Shown piece after piece: positions 52,579-64,000 of a stretch of 64,000 nucleotides of DNA. The stretch spans positions 1 to 64,000 of the forward strand of contig CP142737.1 of NCBI GenBank assembly GCA_036630325.1, read 5' to 3'. The notes under the pieces are model-generated. The model was not told where the DNA came from. It worked only from the letters and a program-made list of their open reading frames with translations, and ran no database searches. The translations under genes and the position numbers were made by a program. Each line of letters opens with the position of its first letter. Within the stretch, counting starts at the first letter, position 1. This DNA is from Vairimorpha necatrix (taxonomy: Eukaryota).

Positions 52579-54452
52579 AGTTAATATTGTATTTTTAGAG
52601 TATAGTAGATTTTTTTTCAAAATAGTAATTCATATGTATACAAAAAATCTCTTGAGAGCGAATCCTATCAATTATTTATGGACTTTTATGAGATTGAGCA
52701 ATTGTTATACATAACATAATAAAGTATAACTTAAGAAGCAAATAAACACAATAGTATTGGGTCGGGTACAATATTCCACATAAAAATTCCAGTCATGTCA
52801 TTTTGACCTAATATCACTTTATTTAATTACAACCATATAAATATATATTTGGTTCTATAAATAATAGTTGACTTTTTAGTAATTTACGAACTAGATTCTA
52901 TATTTTCTTTTATACTTTCATGTTCATAAAGACTTTATTTTTTCTACCTGTATATATAAAAGAGGATAAATAACCTTTTAATTTTTTTAAAACAAAATTA
53001 ATGGGGAATTTTGATCATATTAAAAGTAAAAGAAAATATTTAGAAATTATTTTTTTCCCTTTAATAAAAAAAAACTAATTATATTGCAAAGGTGCAATTC
53101 ACATCAATGGTAGTAATGTCCCATTAAGTCCCAATTTCTTCTATTTCATCCCACTCTACGCCATTTTTCTATTTTCATGATAGGTTTCTTGTGTAGTGTA
53201 AAAACTGTTATTACTATCTAACTTTGGCTCTTTATATAATTTCAAGCCAACTTCTAGTCGATTTGTTTATGAAATTACATACGAAACGATTAACACAAAA
53301 AACACATCTTACCATAGAGTTATAAAGATTTTTTATCGCATTGGCTTTCAAAAAAAAACTAATAGAATAAGTTATACATGAAAAATCTTTAGAAAATTCC
53401 TTGAAGTCAGCAAATCGTCGACAAATCAGCTTATTTGTACCATGTACAATATCGAAAATTACAAAGTAGTCTTACATGTAATTTTTTATGATAAATTCCC
53501 AAGGCATGTTTTTTGAATATTTTGCTAGGTTTATTACCTTTTGTATATTTAGTGATGAATAAACTTGCCTTACGTTAACGTTATGTTATAGTCTTTTTAT
53601 TTTTTCAAAATAATTCAATCACTCATTCTATGCCATAAATTTTTGTTAAAAGTGAGGAATTTTTACAAGTAAAAACATGATCATACGTAATCAACAACAG
53701 AGATAGTTAATTTAAAATGTTATACATATAAAAACAGTGCTTTTTTCGTAAGGAAAATGTAATGTTTGTTTCAACTCATTTTAATAAACGTTTACAAATA
53801 GGCGATGGCACGAGTAATATTCAGATTTTTCATGATCATTATGTGAAATATAGTTAAAAGGTGTGAAATAATATCTCAAAACGCGACTTAGATTTAAACA
53901 TATTCTGTTTTTAAATATAAAACTTCATTATCCGATATATACTTTGGATCGTCGAACTAATCTAAGAATTTATAATAAATAAAATAACAATTTCTAGAAG
54001 ATGACTCACAAGGCGGTAAATGTCCATAACCTCTGAATATATCAGTATTAATGTTAAGAATATCTCTCTGGTAATAGAGCAGTTTTGCAAACATACTAAA
54101 AAATCAAGCGAAATAGATCATAGTATGCAGATATATCAGCTGAGTCATTTATCATATGCTATTATAAATAAATACAATATACAAAGTCTTATGAGTACCT
54201 TTAAAGCGATCCTAAGATCTAGATTCAATAAAATCCAGGACCTACATTTTTGCAAATGAGAAGGAAAATTTTAGTTATTAGAAAATTCAAAGCTAGAAAT
54301 ATGTGTTTAATAATCATTTTTATGTCCATTAACTATGCATGATTATTTCATATTTATACACAAAAAGAGTAGCAGTAAATTTAAATGTTATTTTAACTTG
54401 GTGCTATTTGCACTCGATTAAATAATTTTCTATGTTATCGTAATATATAATA

Positions 54453-57400
54453 TGTTATAATCAGTAATAATATTAAACCCCAATTATGTTAAGCACTTAT
54501 ATGGGGGCGATACCTAAAGAAGAGTTCACAAGAGAGGACTGTGGCCAAGTGGTCAGAAAGATGTTACAGGAGTTAGAGCGTATATTGTATGAATTGGATT
54601 TGAGAGATGTGGAGAGAGAGAAATGGAAGAGTGAGCTGTTCAAGTTGGCTTCGATGGATTTAAAAGATTTTATTGTGAGAAATATCAAAAAAGAAGAAAA
54701 TATTGAAGGAATAAGGAAGAAGCTATTGTTAAGGATTAAGGAAGTAGAGGAGGAAGAAAAGATATATGAGGAAATGAGAAAAATTATTTCTAGGACTATA
54801 AATGAAGAAATTAGTAGAGAACAACCAAGACAAAAATCGAAATTACCGAGATGCTTCTATTGTGATAGACAAGGGCATAGGGTGTTTGAATGCAGACTGA
54901 AGATTAATAGAGATAATTATTATAAAAAGAATAACAAGGATAACAGTTGCAAAATGGAAGTATGTAGTGAATCAGAGTCAAGTCAGGAGCGAGATTTTAG
55001 AAGATCAAAAAGAGGACTTAGAGTCAAATTTGAGAAAAATCAAAAAGAATATGCCGTTAAAGAGGAGAGTAAGAGAATCAGATTAAATTTAGATAAGTAT
55101 GCTAAGAGTTTTGGAGAGGTTTTTAAGTTAGGAAAAGAGGAGATAGAATATTGTAAACTGGAAAAATGTAAAATTAATACTGAAGCGGGTAAGAAGGTAT
55201 TTAAAAAGGGACAAATGGTTCCGCAGGCGTTGATAAAAGATACAGAGCTACATCTAGAAGATTTATTAAAAAGGAAAGTGATAAGAGAGTCAAATTCAAG
55301 TTGGAGGAATCCTATAAGGTCAATCAGAAAGCCAAATGGTGAGATAAGACTGGTTAGTAATTTGATGGCATTGAACGATATTGTAGAAAAGGACGAGTAT
55401 AGATTGTCTAACATAAGAGATGTTGTAAGAGCTACACAAGGTGCAAAATACATGACGGTTTTCGACTTAAAAGAGGCCTTCTATAGTATTGAGATAGAGG
55501 AGGAGGATAAACATAAGACGGCGTTTGATTTTAATGGCAAGGTTTATGAATGGAACTCTATGGTTATGGGATATAAGAATAGCCCGCAGATATTGCAGAG
55601 AATTATGGATAGGATTTTTAGAGATATGAAAGGCAAAGGAGTAGAGGTGTATATGGACGATATTGTGTTGTACAGCCGAACGATAGGAGAACACGAGCAA
55701 TTAGTGAAAAGGGTATTAAATAGACTGAAGGAAAACAATATGAAGCTGAATGCAAATAAAGTTCAGTTTTGTCAACGTGAAGTTAAATTATTGGGAGTCA
55801 CTTTAAATGGAGAAGATATAATACCGTCAGAGATAAAGAAAAATGAAGCCCTAGAGTTTCCGATACCAACATGCGTGTCAGATGTAAGAAGATTTTTAGG
55901 AATGACGGGTTGGTTCAGAGATTTTATTAAGAATTACGCTGGATTGACAGTTAGGTTGACAGATAGTTTAAAAGGGAAGAATGATAATTGGAAGTGGACG
56001 GATGATATGAAAAACGAGTTTAATAAATTAAAAGAAGTATTGAAAGGCCAAGGAAAGCTGCGAATAGCAGACTATGATAAAGAATTTTTGTTGAGGACTG
56101 ACGCTAGTAATGTAGGCATGGGCGCAGTACTGTTACAGAAAAATAATCAAGGAGAATGGGTGCCAGTACAGTGGGCGTCTAAGAAGTTTACCGTTACGGA
56201 AGTTAATTATGGTATATCAGAAAAAGAAATGTACGCAGTTTTTTTGGGGCGTTAAAAAGTTTGAATATGAATTAAGAGGTAGGAAATTTAGAATAGAAAC
56301 TGATCATAAAGCGTTGGGCGAAATAAGAAACAAGCCCGACTTTAAGAATGCTAGAATTAATAGATGGGTCGAGAAGATTCAGGAATTTGATTTCGTGATA
56401 GAATATAGAACTCCAGAAAATATGGTCGTAGCCGATGCGCTAAGTAGGGTATATACAAAAGAAAAAGATGCAAAGAAAAAGAGAAATGAAATACGCCGTG
56501 ATAGACAAAAAGAAGGGAAAAGAAATAAGCATGTAAAAATTAAAGAAGGTAAAGAATACTGGGTATTTGATAGTGGTAGAGAAGGCGAGATGCCTTTGGA
56601 ACAAGACAGAGAGAGATTAATAATGGATTGTCATGTCAATTTGAGCCACAGAAGCAGAACAACGGTATATTATGAGTTGAGGAAACAGTATTATTGGCCA
56701 GGAATTAAGGATCAGATCGAAAAGGTCCTTAAGAATTGCGAGACTTGTCAGATTTTTAATAGAAAAACGAGTGGCGGTACTGATTTAGTGAACACGACAA
56801 GATATTTAGAGAAGGTTGGCTTAGATTTAATAGAATTTAGGGATGAGAAAGCGTTTATTGTTTTGGCAGTTGATTACTTTACAAGGAGATTATGGGGCAG
56901 AGTATTGAAGAGCAAGCACGCATCTGGAATTGCCGAATTTATCAAGGATTTGTGTAAACAGGGTAGAAAACCAAAGGAAATCATTACGGATAATGGTAAA
57001 GAGTTTTGCAACGAAAAAGTTACCGAGCTATGTAGAAATTTGGATATTAGTCATAGAAAGGTCAGCGTTGAGTCGCACAGAAGTAATGGAAGAGTAGAAA
57101 GAGTTATTAGAACTGTAAGAGATAGTATTTTAAAGAGCCAAAAAGAGAAATTCGAGAACAAGGTTTATGAAGCTATTGAGAAATATAATTTAAGTTTTCA
57201 TGCTGGTATTAAGTGCACGCCAGTAGAAGCTTTAACCGATAATACAGGAAATGTTAGTATGGAGAATAGTCCAGAGGGAAAGTATGCGCAACAGTTCAAA
57301 AGTTGGTTTAGAGAAAAGTTCAAAAGGAACCAGATAGTTAGGGTTGCCAAGAATGAGAATTTAAAGGGATGTAGTAAGTATAGTAAGGGTCGATTTTTAG

Positions 57401-57595
57401 ACATGGGAAGAGTGATTGAGCTATGTCCAGGGGATTCATATATAGTGAGATTAGAGAATGGAAGGTTGGTGAAAAAAAGGCATTATGATCTTAAAGGTGT
57501 AGGGGATTAAAGTATGTTGAAGGAGACTAACCGTCTGGAGGGGGGATGTTATAATCAGTAATAATATTAAACCCCAATTATGTTAAGCACTTATA
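54453..57595 (+). mobile_element. Compact Ty3/Gypsy LTR retrotransposon (3143 bp) with 49-bp LTRs and no protease
   Basis: Identical direct repeats at 54453-54501 and 57547-57595, TSD TAATA (54448-54452, 57596-57600), PBS TGGGGGC at 54502 (tRNA-Pro-like 3' end), PPT GGAGGGGGGA directly before the 3' LTR. Confidence 0.93.
54486..57510 (+). pseudogene. Gag-RT-RNaseH-integrase polyprotein with one extra T in a T7 run (56239-56245)
   Basis: CFYCDRQGHRVFEC knuckle, RT YMDD, RNase H TDAS, integrase HHCC and D,D,E (GLDLI, ITDNG, RVER). Deleting one T gives EKEMYAVFWGVKKFEYEL and fuses the two ORFs. Confidence 0.9.
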
Positions 57596-60500
57596 TAATA
57601 TTTTTGTTGGAGTTTATTTAAGATTTGTATCTTATTATTGTAGAGTTAATATTTGTTTATAGAAATTTTTATATTTTAGAGAACTAAGAAATAAATGTAA
57701 AAAATGTTTTGGTAATATTAAATATTCAATTATTAATTGAATTATACTAACAGACATTTAGAATACTTTTAAACGTTCACAATATTACTTTATTTGGGGG
57801 TTAAAAGCTTGTATAAAAAATATAGATTTTTTCTATTGTATATTTGACATAAAAATATGAGCTCATGGGTTTAATCAGTGCACTGTGTTTTATTATAAAA
57901 TTCATTTTTTCGCATCAGACTCACATATCTTATAATACTATTGTATAAGATATTCATAGTAAAAAAAAATTTATCTATATTCATTGAATTGATTATTAAT
58001 TCTTGGCAAACGGTGCATGAAATTTACTTTATGTTAAAATTTCTCTAGCATAAAAAAATATGTAACACGATAAATTAAATTAACTTAACGTATCAAAAAT
58101 ACAAATTCACGTTAAGGGTAATTTCTTAAGGTATAATTATGAGATTTATCTAGTAGATTTAGTGAACACATGCATGATCACAATTTTATAACACGCCAAT
58201 CATTACTTATGCAATAAAAAAAATTAATGCAAAGCCATAACATTCGTAATAGTTATATAATGGAAAAGGTGGATCTAACGCAAGTAAATGTAAAGATTTT
58301 ATTTCATACAGAGAAAATCTACTTTTATGTTCCATTGATCCTGCTTATAAATATTTTTTGTAGTAATTTTATTTTAGATTAGAAAAAAAATGGTAAAATA
58401 TTGACACGATCATTGTTAAAACCCCTGCGGCAGTTTTCATTGCTAGCAAGTACAATATTGTAAGTTTTGGAAGTAAAAGTTTTACAGTATGGTACAGAGA
58501 TTATCACAGCTGAGAGTCTCTTTGATCGTATAGGAAAGTTTCTTCAGCCTCTTACTTGTAAAAAAATTATTCACTACGATAATATCACTTCATATGCTAA
58601 GGGGAATGTTTTTAGATCAGATACAGAAAAAACAATTGGTTTTTTTACCAATGTAACTTTGAGATTTTGCATTAAGAAAATTTATTAGGCTTAGTTCATA
58701 AAAAATAGTAACATAGAAAAAAATCAGATATTGACACACCAAAATGACATACTAGAATATTTAAAAAAAGACTGTTGTTTAAATGTCATATGCTGTAGAC
58801 TTAATTTAAATAACTGTTCATATTTTCTTATATTTTTGTATTTTACAGCCATTTTAAATTTTATTGTTTACATTAAATGATTTATGTGGAAAAAAACAAT
58901 TTATTTAGTACATTATGCTCGACTTCCTGCGAAAGAAATTTCTTGTAAATTTTAATCTTAACTGTTAAATACATTTCTTCTGTAAATAATTGCGTAACAT
59001 GCTTTGGACAAGATTCTTTTTTAATAACAACAAAAAAAAAATCCGCAAACAAGCTTTTTTAGTCTTTTAATTTCTTCTAAAATTGTCAAAAGTAGAATAA
59101 AAACGTGAAAAAATCAAATCTTATCTATGATATGCTAAAACTAAAAAAATATGACCATTAGGATTAACTTACTTTTGTTGACTAGTTTGTTTATATTTAT
59201 ATTTTAAAATAATAGCTTAAGTCAGTTACGTTCTGATTATTATCCATTTTGGTTGTAATTGATATAATTTCAATAATATCCTTATGAGACAGTATAGTAT
59301 CAAACACAATATCAAATGCTTTTAAATATTGTTTCCCATTGATTACAATATTAATAATTTTATCAGGAACATTAGAAGTTTTCATCACATATAAACATTT
59401 TTCAGTCGGCGTATTATCATACCAGAATTATATAAATCAACTGTAACGGACTTTTTTTTATCAAAAGGTGCAGCTATTTGATCGCTCTAGAAATTTCTTA
59501 TCCATTAATTCGCTGTTGTTAAGCAAAAATATGAACTTTTTATATCATTATTTGCATAATTAGGATTGATTGTGAAGCTAGATACTTTCAATACTGCAGT
59601 AAATAAAAACAATTAGAGTTTTCAAAATTTTCATTTATTTAATGAAAAATATTGATACTCTAATATAAAAAACATATTCATATGATTATGAATAGTTTAC
59701 AAAATCACGATATTAAACTGGCGGTACTCTATCAGATAAAAATATAATGTTAGGAAGCTACATATTTGGTCTTCGCAGATTGCGGGGATTAATCAATATC
59801 GACTATATATATAGCGTTATGACAATGTTCATAGCTTTAAATAGAACAAATGCTTATAAGACAATGTAGGTCATCTGATAAGATAAACAGAAGGTTCAAG
59901 TATGCATAATATAATAGAAAACCCAATATTGTGTTTACAATTCAATAGATAAAAAAATATAGACATTGAGAATGCTAATAACCTATAAATTTTTTTTAAA
60001 TATTTGTAAAATTTTAAATCTAACTACTTCTCATGTTTTTCAAAGAAGTTTCAGATTAAAAAAATATTTTGGAAAAATCATAACACGTGTAACTATTTCA
60101 AAATCTTTAATCAAATTTTATCAAACAATTTTTACAATTTCTAATTGTCTTTGAATATTTTAAAACAGATATTAGTAATGTTAGTTATTGAAAAAAAATA
60201 AAAGAGAATCTAAGAATGCTATCGTAAGAATTTTACAAGATCCTCACATTTTCTTTTTTTTTCAAAAAAAAGCTTTTGTTAAGAGTTTTCTTCAAGCGTC
60301 TGAAAAATTATTATTAGACATTTATAAGTTTTATAGAACTTCACAATTTATGGTACAAATATATGCATATATTTTCTCTTATAAAACTTTTATAGAAAAT
60401 CATACACAAAATATTATAAAAAAAGATAATTCTTCATTAAAGTAACGTTGATAGTATGGAAATCATAATCCGACATTTCATTTGTTTCTATCGGCGTAAT

Positions 60501-61930
60501 TTTGCTTCATGTTGAACTACAAGTAATGAAAGAAGACATTTAGAATTATTTTATACTCATCAAAATTTACATTAGAATATCAATGGTGTTTCTAAGACGA
60601 TAATATTTTTCTTTCAACGGTATTTTTTAGATAGTCTTGACAATAATTATATAATCATAATAGTTTATGAAAATTAGAGAATCCGATAGGGACAATATTA
60701 CTAACTTCGTTAAACTATTTATATGAAATACAAAAAAAATTGCGACTACAGGACTATATGTTGTATCATCCAAAATAATTATATTTTCGCAATGCCACGT
60801 ACCAGAGATTATTCTCAACTATGATTTATACAGTTTAATAGTAAGGAATGCGATCAAATTTCCAATGAAGAGATACATACAAAGAATGTGAAGTTTTTTA
60901 TCAATAATTGAAAATATATCATTAATTTTTACAATAAAGCCCAATTAAAAAAGTCAGAAAGAGTTTCTGAGATAAAAAAATACAAACCGAAATTAAAAGT
61001 TTATATTGTTTTTTTTACAAGAAGGTTGGAAAATTTTAGAAAGCTTTATATTTTATTTTTTATTCGACTAAAAATATCTCAATGCATTATTTCATGTATC
61101 GTAGTGTAATACATATTGCTTTTAGACTTTAAAATTATATAATAAATCATTAATATACTTAATAAAAAAACATATATTGTAATTAATTTAAATTAATTAA
61201 AATATACGTTGAAACTATCTAAAATGCATATCTGCATGCCATATTTAACATTTTTTTTTTGTGTTATACCTCCTTTAGATCTCCACTTGCTCTAGTTCCC
61301 TAGTTTATCCTATCAGAGGAGTATTTGTTTATTAAATTGCTGGTGCGCGCTGGAGATATTTTAAATATGAGAAACAGTTGCAGAAAGTGTCTTGTCAAAT
61401 CTCTATTACTATATAGCTCGTAATTGCTACTGTCAGCAGTCAATTACTTTATTACTCTTTCATTGGACCTGTCAATATAAATTGTACTTTTAAGAAGGAC
61501 TAAATATAAGTATACACCTGTACTGTACTCTTTTAAATAAAATAGCCCTTTTGTGGAAACAGAATCATTACATCAACTCAATTATTGAATAAATGAATTT
61601 TAAAATATTTAATAAATAAAATTATTGAATTGTTTCGTTTGATTTATTAAATATATTATTTATTTTCTTTATGTACGTAATAAAACTTTTAAAATGTTCA
61701 GAGAATTTTTAGTATCATTTCAAGCATAAAATTATAAATAACTCGTATAACGTTAGTAAAAAACTTAGAAAATATTATTATATTAAAATATGACATTTTT
61801 AAAATCACAACTGTTTTTATTTGCGATTACAAGTAACAAAAACAATTGTAAAATTTTTTTATAAAAAATAAAGTATTCCTTATTTAAGTTTAATTAAGTT
61901 TATTATAAAAACCTATATTATTTGACCGTT

Positions 61931-64000
61931 ATGAATTTCTTGATATTTTATTCGTTTATTGTTTTTTTGCAATCTAGTCAATATTTATTTGAAAATATAA
62001 AAAATTGTATTATGAAAAAAATAGAAGATCGAGACTATTTGTTGTTCGATCATTCTAAACGTTACATGACAATAAGCATATCTAAGGATCAAGATTTTTA
62101 TGGAGATAATAGTGATGCTTTTATAGAAGTTACACTATGCTTTGATATAAAAAACAATTATGAAATAGATTTTATTATTAATTGTGGAAATAAATCTTTA
62201 AATCAAATTATAACAGAGTTAGAAGAAAAAATCCAAAGCTTCATAAGTTTTCCATATAATAAAGAATTTGTATTGTTTTACAGTGAGTACCAACTAGGTG
62301 ATTCTATCAGTCTTGATGGTACTATTACTATGGAAAATGTTATAGAAACCATTAAAAAAATAAATAGTCAAAGAAAAATAAACAAAAAAGGCAGAGAAAT
62401 ATATTATGAAAATATTTGTATAGAATCTGGGTATTTTGAGGACATTATCAAGGAAATAAGTGAAAATAAGGTTAATGTTGAGCACGCTATAAAATACTAC
62501 GATTACGTACCAAATTATTTTTTATTTCGTATTGACATAGAAAATAAATCTTTCTTATTTCAATTTTATATTGAGGAAATTGATTATGAGAATGATATAA
62601 AAATGAATCTTGAAAATAAATATGACGAGAAAATACTTATTAAACTACTTGAAAGATACAATTTATCATATGAATATTTGTTTGATACACCTTTTATTGT
62701 AGTACCGATAAATTGTATACCTAATGGCATAGAAATAATCCATGAAGATATAATTTTTAAAATGGAAATAGAAACCGATGCAGTTGTTTTTTCCCAAAAC
62801 TCTAAAATATATATTTATTCTATTCGAGACGATGTACAAGAATTTTTTTTCATTGACGAGCAATGTCTTATGGAATTTAGAAAATTTATAGAAATTGCTT
62901 CCAGAATAAATGATGAAAATATCAAAAAAGCGATAGGAATATTTTATCGATTATTAAAGATAGAGAATTTTGTAAACTTTATATTGGAGATCTTGCTAAA
63001 TAGACCAATCTCTGCTATAAAAATTATATTGGCGCATAATCTCCTATATTATAACATTATAGATGAACCTGAACTAAAAGTCGTAATATCGAATGAAAAA
63101 CATAATAATATAAGAAAAACAGAAGTTGTAAATAAGATATTATCTAAAATACATACATTTTATTATAATGAATTTTTTGTGGTAAAAATATGTTTACTAC
63201 TTGAAACTGAAAAATATATTGTCAGAAATAATTTAGAGAATGATGTATTCTGCAAAAACTTAGAACTCATTGGAAATCTTATTAGATTGAAAAATAGTAA
63301 AAATGATTTCGAAATGATTGATAAAAAAGATAATTTTAATTTGATTGGAATACTGGAGGAAATGGTAAGTGTTCATATAGTACACTTTAAGACGTATAAA
63401 AAAAAAGTTTTGACCTATATTTGCAAAACGTTATCATTGTTCACTGGTCTAAATACAAATTTTATTGATTATTTCGACAAGAAACATTACGCTAAAATTG
63501 TAATCTATGAAGTTATTGAAAGTTTTGGACTTAATAAAAATAAAGTAGAGAAATGTAATAAAGTTGTAAGAAAAAAATTGATAGAAAATACTCAAGAAGA
63601 TATAAAACTTGAAGTGGAAAGGAAAAATAAAGAAGCAGAATTCAACAAGATTTTGCAGATACTAAAAAAAAATTCATTAGAAAATGAATTAAAAAAAAGA
63701 AAAAAGGAAGCGCTAAATAGTGACACTGTTGCATTATTTAATAAAGACATAATAAATGAATTTGCAAACGAGTTAATAAGTGACGGGATAAGGCTAATTG
63801 AGAACACTTTTTTATCAAAAATAATAAATAAAGGCATTAACGAACAAATAATAAATGAATATAAAGAAGAGTTAAAAGAAAATTTAATTAAAGAAATAAA
63901 AATTAATATTAAAAAAAACATTAAGAAAAAAAGCAAAATTTCTTTAATGAAAATTACAGTAGAATTATTTAAAAGTGAAGTAAAGAACCTCAATTTTTTA
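61931..64000 (+). CDS. Hypothetical, possibly secreted protein (at least 690 aa, 3' partial), paralogue of the interrupted gene at 35353-41304
   Basis: Manually translated open frame from MNFLIFYSFIVFLQSSQ to the window end with no stop; absent from the ORF track because it has no stop in the window. Motif-level homology to 39397-41304. Confidence 0.9.
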   Translation, partial: MNFLIFYSFIVFLQSSQYLFENIKNCIMKKIEDRDYLLFDHSKRYMTISISKDQDFYGDNSDAFIEVTLCFDIKNNYEIDFIINCGNKSLNQIITELEEKIQSFISFPYNKEFVLFYSEYQLGDSISLDGTITMENVIETIKKINSQRKINKKGREIYYENICIESGYFEDIIKEISENKVNVEHAIKYYDYVPNYFLFRIDIENKSFLFQFYIEEIDYENDIKMNLENKYDEKILIKLLERYNLSYEYLFDTPFIVVPINCIPNGIEIIHEDIIFKMEIETDAVVFSQNSKIYIYSIRDDVQEFFFIDEQCLMEFRKFIEIASRINDENIKKAIGIFYRLLKIENFVNFILEILLNRPISAIKIILAHNLLYYNIIDEPELKVVISNEKHNNIRKTEVVNKILSKIHTFYYNEFFVVKICLLLETEKYIVRNNLENDVFCKNLELIGNLIRLKNSKNDFEMIDKKDNFNLIGILEEMVSVHIVHFKTYKKKVLTYICKTLSLFTGLNTNFIDYFDKKHYAKIVIYEVIESFGLNKNKVEKCNKVVRKKLIENTQEDIKLEVERKNKEAEFNKILQILKKNSLENELKKRKKEALNSDTVALFNKDIINEFANELISDGIRLIENTFLSKIINKGINEQIINEYKEELKENLIKEIKINIKKNIKKKSKISLMKITVELFKSEVKNLNFL

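Noticed and set aside
53390-54260. Possible PIF1/Helitron helicase remnant (LQIGDG)
   Set aside because: Isolated short motif with no Walker A or continuous frame.
56209-56255. Programmed frameshift between the two ORFs
   Set aside because: The shift lies inside the RNase H domain at a homopolymer; a single indel explains it.

Overview
Left chromosome end of a very AT-rich, gene-poor eukaryote, most likely a microsporidian (inferred from CCC motifs just upstream of start codons, a dispersed divergent 5S rRNA gene and the transposon complement). Bases 1-2186 are a telomere of mixed CCTA/CCTAA units (TAGG/TTAGG on the G strand). The subtelomere is mostly transposon debris. It holds three Ty3/Gypsy LTR retrotransposons, two Merlin-type MITEs with 8-bp TSDs, a Merlin/ISXO2 transposase pseudogene, several 3' fragments of a restriction-like-endonuclease LINE and a ~160-bp satellite. 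The few host genes are a 292-aa orphan and two paralogues of a signal-peptide-like family, one split by an LTR element and one running off the window and missing from the ORF track. Two observations stand out. (1) A family of ~3.14-kb Gypsy elements has only 38-49-bp LTRs, no protease domain, and an in-frame ATG formed at the LTR/PBS junction. (2) A ~1-kb GC-richer, extensively self-complementary locus (27992-28995) contains a terminator-less tRNA-like module. All homology calls come from motifs recognised by eye; no database searches or folding programs were run.
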